Source: Deferrisomatales bacterium (GTDB taxonomy: Bacteria > Desulfobacterota > Deferrisomatia > Deferrisomatales > JACRMM01). From it: 64,000 bases of DNA. The first letter of the stretch is position 1. Each line of letters begins with the position of its first letter. The notes beneath the pieces were generated by a model. The model saw only the letters and a program-made list of their open reading frames with translations, was not told the origin of the DNA and did no database searches. Position numbers and translations under genes: made by a program. The stretch covers positions 1 to 64,000 of the forward strand of contig JAWSUI010000009.1 of the NCBI GenBank assembly GCA_033551855.1. Reading direction: 5' to 3'. Below are positions 9,513 through 18,287 of this stretch, piece after piece.

Positions 9513-12487
9513 CCGCCGACTCCCCCGAGAAGGGCCTCGTAGGCCGTCCGCACGCGCCGCCTCTGGCGGTCCACGTCGCCCTGGAGCGCCGTCGGGTCTT
9601 CCTCGGGGCGTCCCAGCCCACGGGCGAGCTCTCGGAGGCGCTCGGGCTCCCCGGGCAGGACGTCGGTAGGCCGCTCCTGGAGGATGCGCAGCCGTGCCTC
9701 CACTCGGCGCAGGAAGCGATAGCCCTCGGCCAGGGCCCGCCCCTCGCCGTCGGGCACCAGGCGCCGCCGCCGCAGGGCACCCAGGGCAGCCAGGGTGTTG
9801 GGGCTGCGAACATCCGGGTAGCTCCACCCGTGAAGGAGCTGCAGCGCCTGCACGGCAAACTCCACGTCCAGAATCCCGCCGCTGCCGGCCTTCAGGTCCA
9901 CCCGGCCGTCGCTCCCGCGCCGAGCCTCCGCCTCGAGCCGATCCCGCATCCCCCGGATCTCAGGCCGCGGATCCGAGGCCGGGGGAGCCCCGTAGAGCAC
10001 CCGGTCCACCACCTCACGGGCCTGGCGGCCCAGCCCCGGGTCCCCCGCCACGGGGCGCAGGCGGATCAGGGCCTGCCTTTCCCAGGTGAGGCCCCCCCCG
10101 CCCCGATGATACGCCTCGAAGGCTTCCAGCGACGTCACGAGGGGCCCGGCCTGCCCAGAAGGGCGAAGCCTGGCATCCATCCGGAACGCGATGCCTTCCC
10201 GGGTGCGCGTGGCCAAGGCGCCGATGAGCCTCTGGGCCAAGCGCGCAAAGAAGTCCGAGGCGGACAGACCCGCCCGGGGAGACTCGGCTGGGCCATCGGG
10301 CGGCTGATAGACGAAGAGGACGTCGAGGTCCGAGTGGTAGTCGATCTCCCCGCCCCCGAGCTTCCCCAGACCCAAGACGGCGAAGCGTGCCTCCGACCCC
10401 GCCGCCCCCTCGGGCGGCCCGTACTTGCGAACGAGCCGCGCCATGGCGTCCCGACAGGCCTGCTCCAGACAGACCTCCGCCACGCGGGTGAGCTGCGCTC
10501 CGGTCTCCTCGGGTTCGAGGCCGCCCGCGAAGTCCTGCAGGGCGATGCGAAGGAATTCGGCGTTGCGGAACCTGCGCAGCGCGTCCAGGCGCTCCTCGTC
10601 GTCGCGGGTCCGGCCCACCGCCTCGGAGAGCTCGGCGGCAAGCTGCCCGCCGGACTTCTCACGCACCGCGTGGCTGCCCAGGACCAACTCGTCCAGCAGC
10701 TCCGGATGCCCCACCAGGTACCGGGAGAGAAAATCGCTGGTCCCGAAAAGGGTGAGCAGGAGCTTCGCCGTCGCCGGATTTTCCTCGAGAAGGGCAAGGT
10801 ATCCCTCGCGCGCCCCCGATCCCGACAGAAACTCCCCCAAGCGCAGGAGAGCCCGGTCCGGGTCGGGGCACTGGCAGGCAGCGTTCAGGAGGAAGGGCGC
10901 CACCCGGGTCAAGACCCGGCGCGCTCGGGGGGTGGGGCGGCCTCGGGGGGGGCCGTGTCTGAGCAGCGCGAACCCCTCCAGGGCCCGGACCGGGTCTCGA
11001 AAGCCCGCGCGAGCCAAGGCCGTGTGGGCGGCTGGGTCTTCCGGCGCGAGAGCGAGGAGCCCCCGGGCCTCTGCCACCCCCCGCTCCTCCTCCCACTCCC
11101 GGGACGCCCCCTGGGCAAGCCGTCCGTAGTACCCGTGAACCTCGGACCGGACCCGGTCCAGGGCCGCAAGAAACGGCCCGGTGGGGGATGGTCCGCCGTA
11201 CCCCATGCGGCGCGCCACGACCTCGAGCTCCTCGCGGTCGGCCGGCAGCCGGTGGGTGCGGCGCAGGTGAAGGGACTGCACGGCGTGCTCCAGGGTCCGA
11301 AGGAACCGGTAACACCGTGAGAGGTCTTGTGCCGCGGCCGCCTCGACGACCCCCGCGGCGGCCAGCTTTCGCAAAGCCTCGAGTGTGTTTCGCTCGCGGA
11401 CCTCGGGCAGGCGCCCACCGTGGATGAGCTGCAGGGTCTGCACGAAGAACTCGACCTCTCGGATGCCCCCCGTTCCGAGCTTGAGGTCCCCCGGCCCTCC
11501 CAAACGCCGGGCCGAGTGTCCCTCGATCCGGCGCTTCATGTCGACGATGTCCTCCACCGTCGTGTAGTCCAGGCTGCGCCTGTACACGAAGGGCTCCACC
11601 TGTGCGAGGAAGCACTCTCCCAGCCCCCGGTCGCCCGCAATCGGGCGGGCCCGCATCAGCGCTGCCCGCTCCCACGTCTGACCCCAGGACTGGTAGTAGA
11701 ACACGGCGTTCTCGAGGGGCTGGGCCAGCTCGCCGTTTCGGCCTTCCGGCCTGAGGTCGAGATCGACGCGAAAGACCAGGCCGTCCTCCGTCACACGTCC
11801 CAGGGCATCGGCGGCCAGGCTCACCAGCCGAGGGAAGAAGTCGCCCGGGCTCGTCGATCCCCGGGGCCCTCCCGAGGTGCGGCCCCGCCCGGTCCGGTAC
11901 AGCACCAGCAGATCCACGTCGGAAGAGAGGTTCAGCTCGCTGCCGCCGAGCTTGCCCATGCCCAGGACGCAGGCCCGGTTCGGCTCGCCGTCTTCCCCCA
12001 GGGGCTCGCCGTGCCGGGCGACCAGGTGCCCCCATGCCCAAGACAGGGCCGCCTCCACCGCCGCCTCTGCCAGGGCGCTCACCTCCCGGGCCGTCACCTC
12101 CACCGGCGCCAGGGCCAGGGCCTCGCGGGAGACGATGCGCAGGAGCTCCCTGCGCCCCACGCTGCGCAGGCGGCGGAGGAAGTCTTCCGGCTCTTCCGGT
12201 GGTCCAGGGCGAGCGGCAAGCTCGGAGGCGTACTCTTCCCGGGTCCGTTCCCGCGAGATCCCGGGCTCCGCCAGCACGCAAACCAGTCCGGGCTCCCGGC
12301 ACAACCATGCCCCCGCAATCCGGGAGGAACCCGCCACCCGCCCCAGGCGGGCCACGCCGACAGGGCCGAGCCCCTCGGGAAGCCCTGCCTCCCCGAGCAG
12401 GCGCGCCAGCACCGGTTCCGCCCACTTCGGGCTCGGCGCCTCCGTCAGTGCCTCTCGGACACCTCTTCTCCCCGCGCTTGCGCTCAC
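9509..12487 (-). CDS. glnE: Bifunctional glutamine synthetase adenylyltransferase/adenylyl-removing enzyme
   Basis: Two nucleotidyltransferase domains (GMGKLGGSELNLSSDVDL; GLGKLGGGEIDYHSDLD), RVDLDLRPEG, KLGTGGIREVEF; start uncertain. Confidence 0.95.
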   Translation of the reverse strand: MSASAGRRGVREALTEAPSPKWAEPVLARLLGEAGLPEGLGPVGVARLGRVAGSSRIAGAWLCREPGLVCVLAEPGISRERTREEYASELAARPGPPEEPEDFLRRLRSVGRRELLRIVSREALALAPVEVTAREVSALAEAAVEAALSWAWGHLVARHGEPLGEDGEPNRACVLGMGKLGGSELNLSSDVDLLVLYRTGRGRTSGGPRGSTSPGDFFPRLVSLAADALGRVTEDGLVFRVDLDLRPEGRNGELAQPLENAVFYYQSWGQTWERAALMRARPIAGDRGLGECFLAQVEPFVYRRSLDYTTVEDIVDMKRRIEGHSARRLGGPGDLKLGTGGIREVEFFVQTLQLIHGGRLPEVRERNTLEALRKLAAAGVVEAAAAQDLSRCYRFLRTLEHAVQSLHLRRTHRLPADREELEVVARRMGYGGPSPTGPFLAALDRVRSEVHGYYGRLAQGASREWEEERGVAEARGLLALAPEDPAAHTALARAGFRDPVRALEGFALLRHGPPRGRPTPRARRVLTRVAPFLLNAACQCPDPDRALLRLGEFLSGSGAREGYLALLEENPATAKLLLTLFGTSDFLSRYLVGHPELLDELVLGSHAVREKSGGQLAAELSEAVGRTRDDEERLDALRRFRNAEFLRIALQDFAGGLEPEETGAQLTRVAEVCLEQACRDAMARLVRKYGPPEGAAGSEARFAVLGLGKLGGGEIDYHSDLDVLFVYQPPDGPAESPRAGLSASDFFARLAQRLIGALATRTREGIAFRMDARLRPSGQAGPLVTSLEAFEAYHRGGGGLTWERQALIRLRPVAGDPGLGRQAREVVDRVLYGAPPASDPRPEIRGMRDRLEAEARRGSDGRVDLKAGSGGILDVEFAVQALQLLHGWSYPDVRSPNTLAALGALRRRRLVPDGEGRALAEGYRFLRRVEARLRILQERPTDVLPGEPERLRELARGLGRPEEDPTALQGDVDRQRRRVRTAYEALLGGVGG

Positions 12488-12805
12488 GGCCGGCCCCCGC
12501 GGTCCACGCCACACCGGCGGCCCAAGGCCCCGGCCCGTTCCGGGAGGCCCTCCGAAGGCCGCCCCCCGCTTCGCACGGCGGCGGCGGCGCGGCCGGGGGC
12601 GCCGCCCCCGGCCGCATCCCGGAAGAGCCTCATGTTTGTGGAACCACAATCCGATGATGCCGTATGATGATGGCCCCTCGAGAAGGAGTCTGTCACTATA
12701 GCCCGTGAGAGGCCGGCGTCAACGGCTTCAGCGCGTCGCCGCTGCGCACGCCCCGCTCGGCGATCCGGCTTCGCGTCGCCGCCCTCTCCCTTTGGGGGTC
12801 CCTCC

Positions 12806-14269
12806 ATGGAAGCCTCGGCACAGACCGATCCTCCGCACCGCATCCTGGTGGCCGACGACGAGGCCGACATCACGGCTGTACTCGGCCACATCCTGACGGC
12901 GCAGGGCTACGAGGTGACCACCACCGACAACGGCGCCGACGCGTGGGAGAGGGCCCGCGCCGAACCTTACGACGCGATCCTCACGGACCTGAAGATGCCC
13001 CGCATGGGGGGCTTGGAGCTCCTGCGGAGGGTGAAGGAGGCCCGTTCCCCCTCGGCTGTCATCGTGATGACCGGCTTCGCCACCGTGGAGACAGCCATCG
13101 AGGCCCTCAAGATCGGTGCGTACGACTACATCGTCAAGCCCTTCAAGGTCGATGAGCTCCTGCAGCTCGTGGAGCGGGCGCTGGAAAAGGTCCGCCTGGA
13201 AGCGGAGAACCTCCAGCTCCGCGAGCAGATCGCCCTGCTGCGCCTGAGCGAGGCCGTCGCGTCCAGCCTCTCCCTGGACGACGTTCTGGGGATCGTCGTG
13301 GAGGCAGCCCTGAAGGAAGTGGATGCCGACGGTGTCGAGCTCCTCTTTCGGCCTCCGGGTTCCGCCGAGTACAGCCGGAGGCTTTCCCTGCGTCCGGACG
13401 GCGCCTCGGACCCCGTGTTGGCGGACGTTCCGGGGCTCGAGGGGCTCATGCAGGACGCGGCCCACCTCCAGGTCCGGGGCGAGAGGCTTGCCCCGCTCCT
13501 CGTGCCCCGACACTCGGATCGGGTGCGCACCCTCCTCGCGGTACCGCTTCGCCGGGGGGGCCAGATGCTGGGCGTCCTCAACGCGTACACCCACAAGGTG
13601 CGGAAGGGCTTCCTCCCTCGGGAGGAGAAGGCCCTCATGGTGCTCGGCGACCGTGCTGCCACCAGTCTGGAGAATGCCCTGCTGTTCGCCGACCTCCAGA
13701 ACACGTTCGCCGACACGATCCAGAGCCTGGCCCTGGCCCTGGAGGCAAAGGACGCCTACACCCACGGCCACTCGGCCAACGTCACGCGCCTTTGCCAGGC
13801 CACGGCGGGCGAGATGGGCTTGGACGGCGCCTTCTGCGCCACGCTTCGCCAGGCGGGGATTCTTCACGACATCGGGAAGATCGGGATATCCAGCTCGATC
13901 CTCAACAAGCCCGACCGTCTGACCGCCGAGGAGTACGAAGCCATCAAGATGCACCCCCGGGTCGGGCAGCGCATCCTGAAGCCGATCAAGTTCCTCCAGG
14001 ACGTGGCACCGATCGTCTATCACCATCACGAGCACTGGGACGGCAAGGGCTATCCCGACGGACTGGCAGGGGAGGAGATCCCCCTCGGTTCCCGATTGAT
14101 GCTCGTCGCCGACACCTATGACGCCATGACCTCCGACCGCGCCTATCGGCCGGGTCTGTCCCACGAAGTGGCCCTGGCGGAGCTGCGCCGATGCGCGGGA
14201 GCCCAGCTCGACCCCCAGTGCGTCGAGGCGTTCCTCCGCTCCTGGGAGAACCCGCGGGAGAACGATTGA
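12806..14269 (+). CDS. Response regulator with GAF and HD-GYP (c-di-GMP phosphodiesterase) domains
   Basis: ILVADDE/ILTDLKMP receiver; GAF-like middle region; YTHGHS, LHDIGKIG, HHEHWDGKGYPDGL. Confidence 0.93.
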   Translation: MEASAQTDPPHRILVADDEADITAVLGHILTAQGYEVTTTDNGADAWERARAEPYDAILTDLKMPRMGGLELLRRVKEARSPSAVIVMTGFATVETAIEALKIGAYDYIVKPFKVDELLQLVERALEKVRLEAENLQLREQIALLRLSEAVASSLSLDDVLGIVVEAALKEVDADGVELLFRPPGSAEYSRRLSLRPDGASDPVLADVPGLEGLMQDAAHLQVRGERLAPLLVPRHSDRVRTLLAVPLRRGGQMLGVLNAYTHKVRKGFLPREEKALMVLGDRAATSLENALLFADLQNTFADTIQSLALALEAKDAYTHGHSANVTRLCQATAGEMGLDGAFCATLRQAGILHDIGKIGISSSILNKPDRLTAEEYEAIKMHPRVGQRILKPIKFLQDVAPIVYHHHEHWDGKGYPDGLAGEEIPLGSRLMLVADTYDAMTSDRAYRPGLSHEVALAELRRCAGAQLDPQCVEAFLRSWENPREND

Positions 14270-14730
14270 GCCCCTCGACCTGCCGCCTCCTCGCTTCGGG
14301 CCTCGGGGCGGGGCGCGTACCGGTGGCACCGGGAACGGCGGGCACCCTGGCTGCGGTTCCCCTCGTCTGGGCCCTGGCACACCTGCCGCCGGCAGTCGAG
14401 CTGCTCCTTCTCGTCGTCTCCCTGCCGGCTGCGGCGGCGGTCTGCGACAGGGCGGCCAAGCTGGACGGGAGAGGAGACCCGGGATGGATCGTGCTCGACG
14501 AGATGGTCGGTTTCTGGGTGGCAGTGGTGCTGCTCCCGCCCCGGCCGCTCCATCTGGCCGCCGGGTTTGTTTTGTTCCGCCTGTTTGATATAGTGAAGCC
14601 CCCCCCGGCGGGCTGGTTGGACCGCAACATGAAGGGCGGCTGGGGGATCCTCTTGGACGACGTGGCCGCCGGCCTGTGGACTCGCCTCGTGCTCGGAGTG
14701 ATCCTGTGGTTCGCCGCCCCCGGTTCGTAG
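14266..14730 (+). CDS. pgpA: Phosphatidylglycerophosphatase A
   Basis: APGTAGTL, DPGWIVLDEMVG, LFRLFDIVKP, GILLDDVAAG. Confidence 0.93.
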   Translation: MSPSTCRLLASGLGAGRVPVAPGTAGTLAAVPLVWALAHLPPAVELLLLVVSLPAAAAVCDRAAKLDGRGDPGWIVLDEMVGFWVAVVLLPPRPLHLAAGFVLFRLFDIVKPPPAGWLDRNMKGGWGILLDDVAAGLWTRLVLGVILWFAAPGS

Positions 14731-14785
14731 GTCGGTCCGCGGATGCCGCCCCGCAGGGCGGCCGTCCCGTCCCCTTTCGCGGTCC

Positions 14786-15280
14786 GTGTCCGAGGCCCCC
14801 GTGAGCTCCTCCCCGGAGCAGCGCCTGGCCGAAGCCCTGGGTCGCGGGGGAGGGCCCTTGTCTCTGGCTGAATCCTGCACGGGGGGCCTGATTTCTCACC
14901 GGGTCACCAACCTAGCAGGGGCCTCCGAGTACTTCGACCGCTGCGTGGTCGTGTACTCCAACCGTGCCAAGGTGGAGCTCCTGGGAATCCCCGAGGGACT
15001 CCTGGCCACCCACGGGGCGGTGTCGGAGGCCTGCGCGCAGGCCATGCTGGCCGGGCTCTTTGCGCGGACGCCGGCGCGCTTGGCGGCTGCCGTCACGGGC
15101 ATCGCCGGACCCGGCGGCGGCACCGCCGCCAAGCCGGTGGGCACCGTCTGGGTGGCGTGGGGGCGACCGCACCGCGCGAGGACGGAACGTCTCTTGCTGT
15201 CCGGCAGCCGCCAGGAGGTCAAGGCGGGGGCCGCGGAAGCAGTGCTCGAGCGCCTGGCCGAGGCCGCCGAGGAGCCCTGA
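14786..15280 (+). CDS. cinA: CinA C-terminal domain protein (NMN deamidase, PncC-like)
   Basis: AESCTGG, GAVS, TGIAGPGGGT..KPVGTV. Confidence 0.9.
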   Translation: MSEAPVSSSPEQRLAEALGRGGGPLSLAESCTGGLISHRVTNLAGASEYFDRCVVVYSNRAKVELLGIPEGLLATHGAVSEACAQAMLAGLFARTPARLAAAVTGIAGPGGGTAAKPVGTVWVAWGRPHRARTERLLLSGSRQEVKAGAAEAVLERLAEAAEEP

Positions 15281-15846
15281 TGAGCTCGCTCGTGCGGTGT
15301 TTTGTCGCGGCAGACCCCTCGCCGGAGGCGCGAGAGGACTTGGTGCGCCTGCAGCGTCGCCTGGGGGCTGCCGGCCTCGCGTGCCGCTGGGTGGCGACCG
15401 GGGCGCTGCACCTCACGGTGAAGTTTCTCGGAGAGGTCGAGGCCGCGACCTTCGAGAAGGCCCTGGAAGTGCTGGGGCGGCCCCTCGGGGTGGGGGGGGC
15501 CTTGCAGCTCGCGGCCTCGGGGGTGGGCGCCTTCCCCTCGCCCCAGAGAGCCCGGGTCATCTGGGCCGGGCTCTCTGGGGATGCGGGGGCCTTGGCCCGC
15601 GCGGCGTTCTCGGTGGAAGCCAGGCTGGAACCCCTGGGGATCCCCCGGGAAGGACGGCCCTTCCGGGCCCACGTCACCCTCGGGCGCGCGCGAGGTCCCG
15701 GGGGGATCTCTGGGGCCCGGGATGCCCTCGAGGCCGAAGCCGGGCACCGGGGGCCGAGCTTCGAGGTGAGAGCTCTCGTGCTCTACGAGAGCCGTTTGCG
15801 CTCCGGGGGGCCGCAGTACGTGCCCCGACTCTCCATCCCCCTCTGA
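15280..15846 (+). CDS. thpR: RNA 2',3'-cyclic phosphodiesterase (2H family)
   Basis: LHLTVKFLG and FRAHVTLGR HxT motifs. Confidence 0.93.
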   Translation: MSSLVRCFVAADPSPEAREDLVRLQRRLGAAGLACRWVATGALHLTVKFLGEVEAATFEKALEVLGRPLGVGGALQLAASGVGAFPSPQRARVIWAGLSGDAGALARAAFSVEARLEPLGIPREGRPFRAHVTLGRARGPGGISGARDALEAEAGHRGPSFEVRALVLYESRLRSGGPQYVPRLSIPL

Positions 15847-16059
15847 GCCCACGAGCGGGGCCCTCCCACGGCCACAGAGCCGACGGGGGGAGACCGCCTC
15901 CGCCGAGGGGACGGAAGGGGGACCCCTTGGGGGCCCCAAGGGACCATCGCGCCGGGACGGGCCGGACTTGTCCGGAACCGGGAAGGCGCCTCACGAGCTC
16001 TGGCACGGCCCCGGAGACGCAGGCGGGTCGCCGAGGGGCCCACGACCGGGAGGATACCC

Positions 16060-17085
16060 ATGGCAGGGGATCGCGATCAGGCGGTGCAACTGGCCATCGG
16101 CCAGATCGAGAAGCAGTTCGGCAAGGGCGCGATCATGCGCCTGGGAGTGGGCGGACCGGTCAAGGGCATCGAGGTGATCCCGTCGGGCTCCCTCTCCCTG
16201 GACGTCGCGCTGGGGATCGGCGGCTACCCCAGAGGACGCGTGATGGAGATCTTCGGGCCCGAGTCTTCGGGCAAGACCACCCTGGCGCTGCACGCCGTGG
16301 CCCAAGCCCAACGCGCGGGCGGGATCGCGGCTTTCGTCGATGCAGAGCACGCCCTGGACGTCTCCTACGCCAGGAGGCTGGGGGTGAGCGCCGAGGACCT
16401 GCTGGTATCCCAACCCGACACCGGGGAGCAAGCCTTGGAGATCACCGAGGTCCTGGTGCGCAGCGGAGCCGTGGACATCGTGGTGGTGGACTCGGTGGCA
16501 GCCCTCGTTCCCCGGGCCGAGATCGAGGGGGAGATGGGCGACAGTCACGTGGGCCTCCAGGCCCGTCTGATGAGCCAGGCCCTTCGGAAGCTCACCGCGA
16601 CCATCTCCAAGTCCCGAACCCTGGTGATCTTCATCAACCAGATCCGCATGAAGATCGGTGTAATGTTCGGGAATCCCGAGACCACGACAGGGGGCAACGC
16701 CCTGAAGTTCTACTCTTCGCTGCGCCTCGACGTCCGCCGGGTGGGGGCCTTGAAGGACGGGGACCAGTCCGTGGGCAACCGCACCCGGGTCACGGTCGTG
16801 AAGAACAAGGTCGCGCCGCCCTTCCGCAAAGCCGAGTTCGACATCCTGTACAACGAGGGGATCAGTGCCGTGGGGGACGTGCTGGATCTGGCCGTGGAGC
16901 GCGGCTTCGTGGACAAGCGGGGGTCCTGGTACGTGTACGGGGAGACCCGTATCGGCCAGGGACGGGAGAACGCCCGGGCCTTTCTCAAGGAGAACGCCGA
17001 CGTGCTGGCCGAGCTCGAGGGGAAGGTGAGAGAAGCGAGCGGCCTCGTGCGGCCGGAGGCCGCGCCCCGGGAAGGCGTGAGCTGA
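16060..17085 (+). CDS. recA: Recombinase RecA
   Basis: [35 protein letters not shown]. Confidence 0.99.
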   Translation: MAGDRDQAVQLAIGQIEKQFGKGAIMRLGVGGPVKGIEVIPSGSLSLDVALGIGGYPRGRVMEIFGPESSGKTTLALHAVAQAQRAGGIAAFVDAEHALDVSYARRLGVSAEDLLVSQPDTGEQALEITEVLVRSGAVDIVVVDSVAALVPRAEIEGEMGDSHVGLQARLMSQALRKLTATISKSRTLVIFINQIRMKIGVMFGNPETTTGGNALKFYSSLRLDVRRVGALKDGDQSVGNRTRVTVVKNKVAPPFRKAEFDILYNEGISAVGDVLDLAVERGFVDKRGSWYVYGETRIGQGRENARAFLKENADVLAELEGKVREASGLVRPEAAPREGVS

Positions 17086-17103
17086 GAGCCAGGGAGGGCA
17101 GCC

Positions 17104-18246
17104 ATGGAGCTCAATGACATCCTGCAGGTGGCCTCGAAGGCGAAAGTGTCCGACATTCACTGCAAGGTGGGGCTGCCTCCGATTTTTCGGCGCGACAGTC
17201 AGCTCTACCCGTACAAGGAGGCGGGGCGCCTGACCCCCGAGTGGCTTACCGCCACCGCCTTGGCCATGATGAGCCCCGCCCAACAGGACGCCTTCGGCCG
17301 CAATCACGAGGTGGACATGGGCTATGGCATCCCGGGCCTGGGTCGCTTCCGTGCCAGCGTGTTCCAGCAACGGGGCACCGTGGGTATGGTCTTCCGGGTG
17401 ATCCCCACCGAGATCAAGACCATCCCGGAGCTGAACTTGCCGAAGGTGGTGGAAGAGATCGCCATGGAGCCCCGGGGGCTGGTGCTGGTCACCGGCACGA
17501 CCGGCTCGGGAAAGTCCACCAGCCTGGCGGCGATGATCGACGTCATCAACCAGCGCAAGACCAGTCACGTCATCACCATCGAGGACCCGATCGAGTTTCT
17601 CCACCGCGACAAGAAGTCGATCATCAATCAGAGGGAGGTCGGCTTCGACACCCTGAGCTTCGCAGGCGCCCTCAAGAGCGCCCTGCGCCAGGACCCCGAC
17701 GTCATCCTCGTAGGGGAGATGCGCGACTTCGAAACCATCGAGACGGCCCTCGTGGCCGCGGAAACCGGCCACCTGGTGCTCTCCACCCTCCACACCGTGG
17801 ACGCGGCCGAGACCATCAACCGGATCATCTCGGTCTTCCCCCCCTACCAGCAGAAACAGGTGCGCCTGCAGTTGGCGAGCATCATCAAGGGAATCGTCTC
17901 CCAGCGGCTCGTGCCCCGGGCGGACGGCAAGGGGCGCGTGCCCGCCGTGGAGGTCATGGTGGCCACGGCGAGGATTCGGGAATGCATCGAGATTCCGGAG
18001 AAGACCAAGGAAATACGCACGGCCATCGCCGAGGGGTACACCACCTACGGCATGCAGTCCTTCGACCAGTCCCTGCTGGGGCTCCTGAGCACGAACCTCA
18101 TCACGCACAAGGAGGCGCTGCGCCAGTCCTCCAACCCGGACGACTTCGCCCTCAAGCTGTCGGGAATCAGCTCGACGAGCGACGCGCGCTACGCCGGAGG
18201 CGAAGCCCCGACCCGGGGCGCCGGACCGGGAATCGAACGCTTCTGA
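17104..18246 (+). CDS. pilT: PilT/PilU-family type IV pilus retraction ATPase
   Basis: GTTGSGKST, TIEDPIE, ALRQDPDVILVGEMRD, AAETGHLVLSTLHT. Confidence 0.93.
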   Translation: MELNDILQVASKAKVSDIHCKVGLPPIFRRDSQLYPYKEAGRLTPEWLTATALAMMSPAQQDAFGRNHEVDMGYGIPGLGRFRASVFQQRGTVGMVFRVIPTEIKTIPELNLPKVVEEIAMEPRGLVLVTGTTGSGKSTSLAAMIDVINQRKTSHVITIEDPIEFLHRDKKSIINQREVGFDTLSFAGALKSALRQDPDVILVGEMRDFETIETALVAAETGHLVLSTLHTVDAAETINRIISVFPPYQQKQVRLQLASIIKGIVSQRLVPRADGKGRVPAVEVMVATARIRECIEIPEKTKEIRTAIAEGYTTYGMQSFDQSLLGLLSTNLITHKEALRQSSNPDDFALKLSGISSTSDARYAGGEAPTRGAGPGIERF

Positions 18247-18287
18247 ATGTTTCGCCGTCGCGGCCCGGCCGCTGAAAAGGAGCCTTG

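Noticed and set aside
15847..16059. LexA box or ncRNA upstream of recA
   Set aside because: Only short GC-rich hairpins; no motif I can support
18247..18287. recX between pilT and alaS
   Set aside because: The gap is only about 40 bp; no gene or remnant is visible
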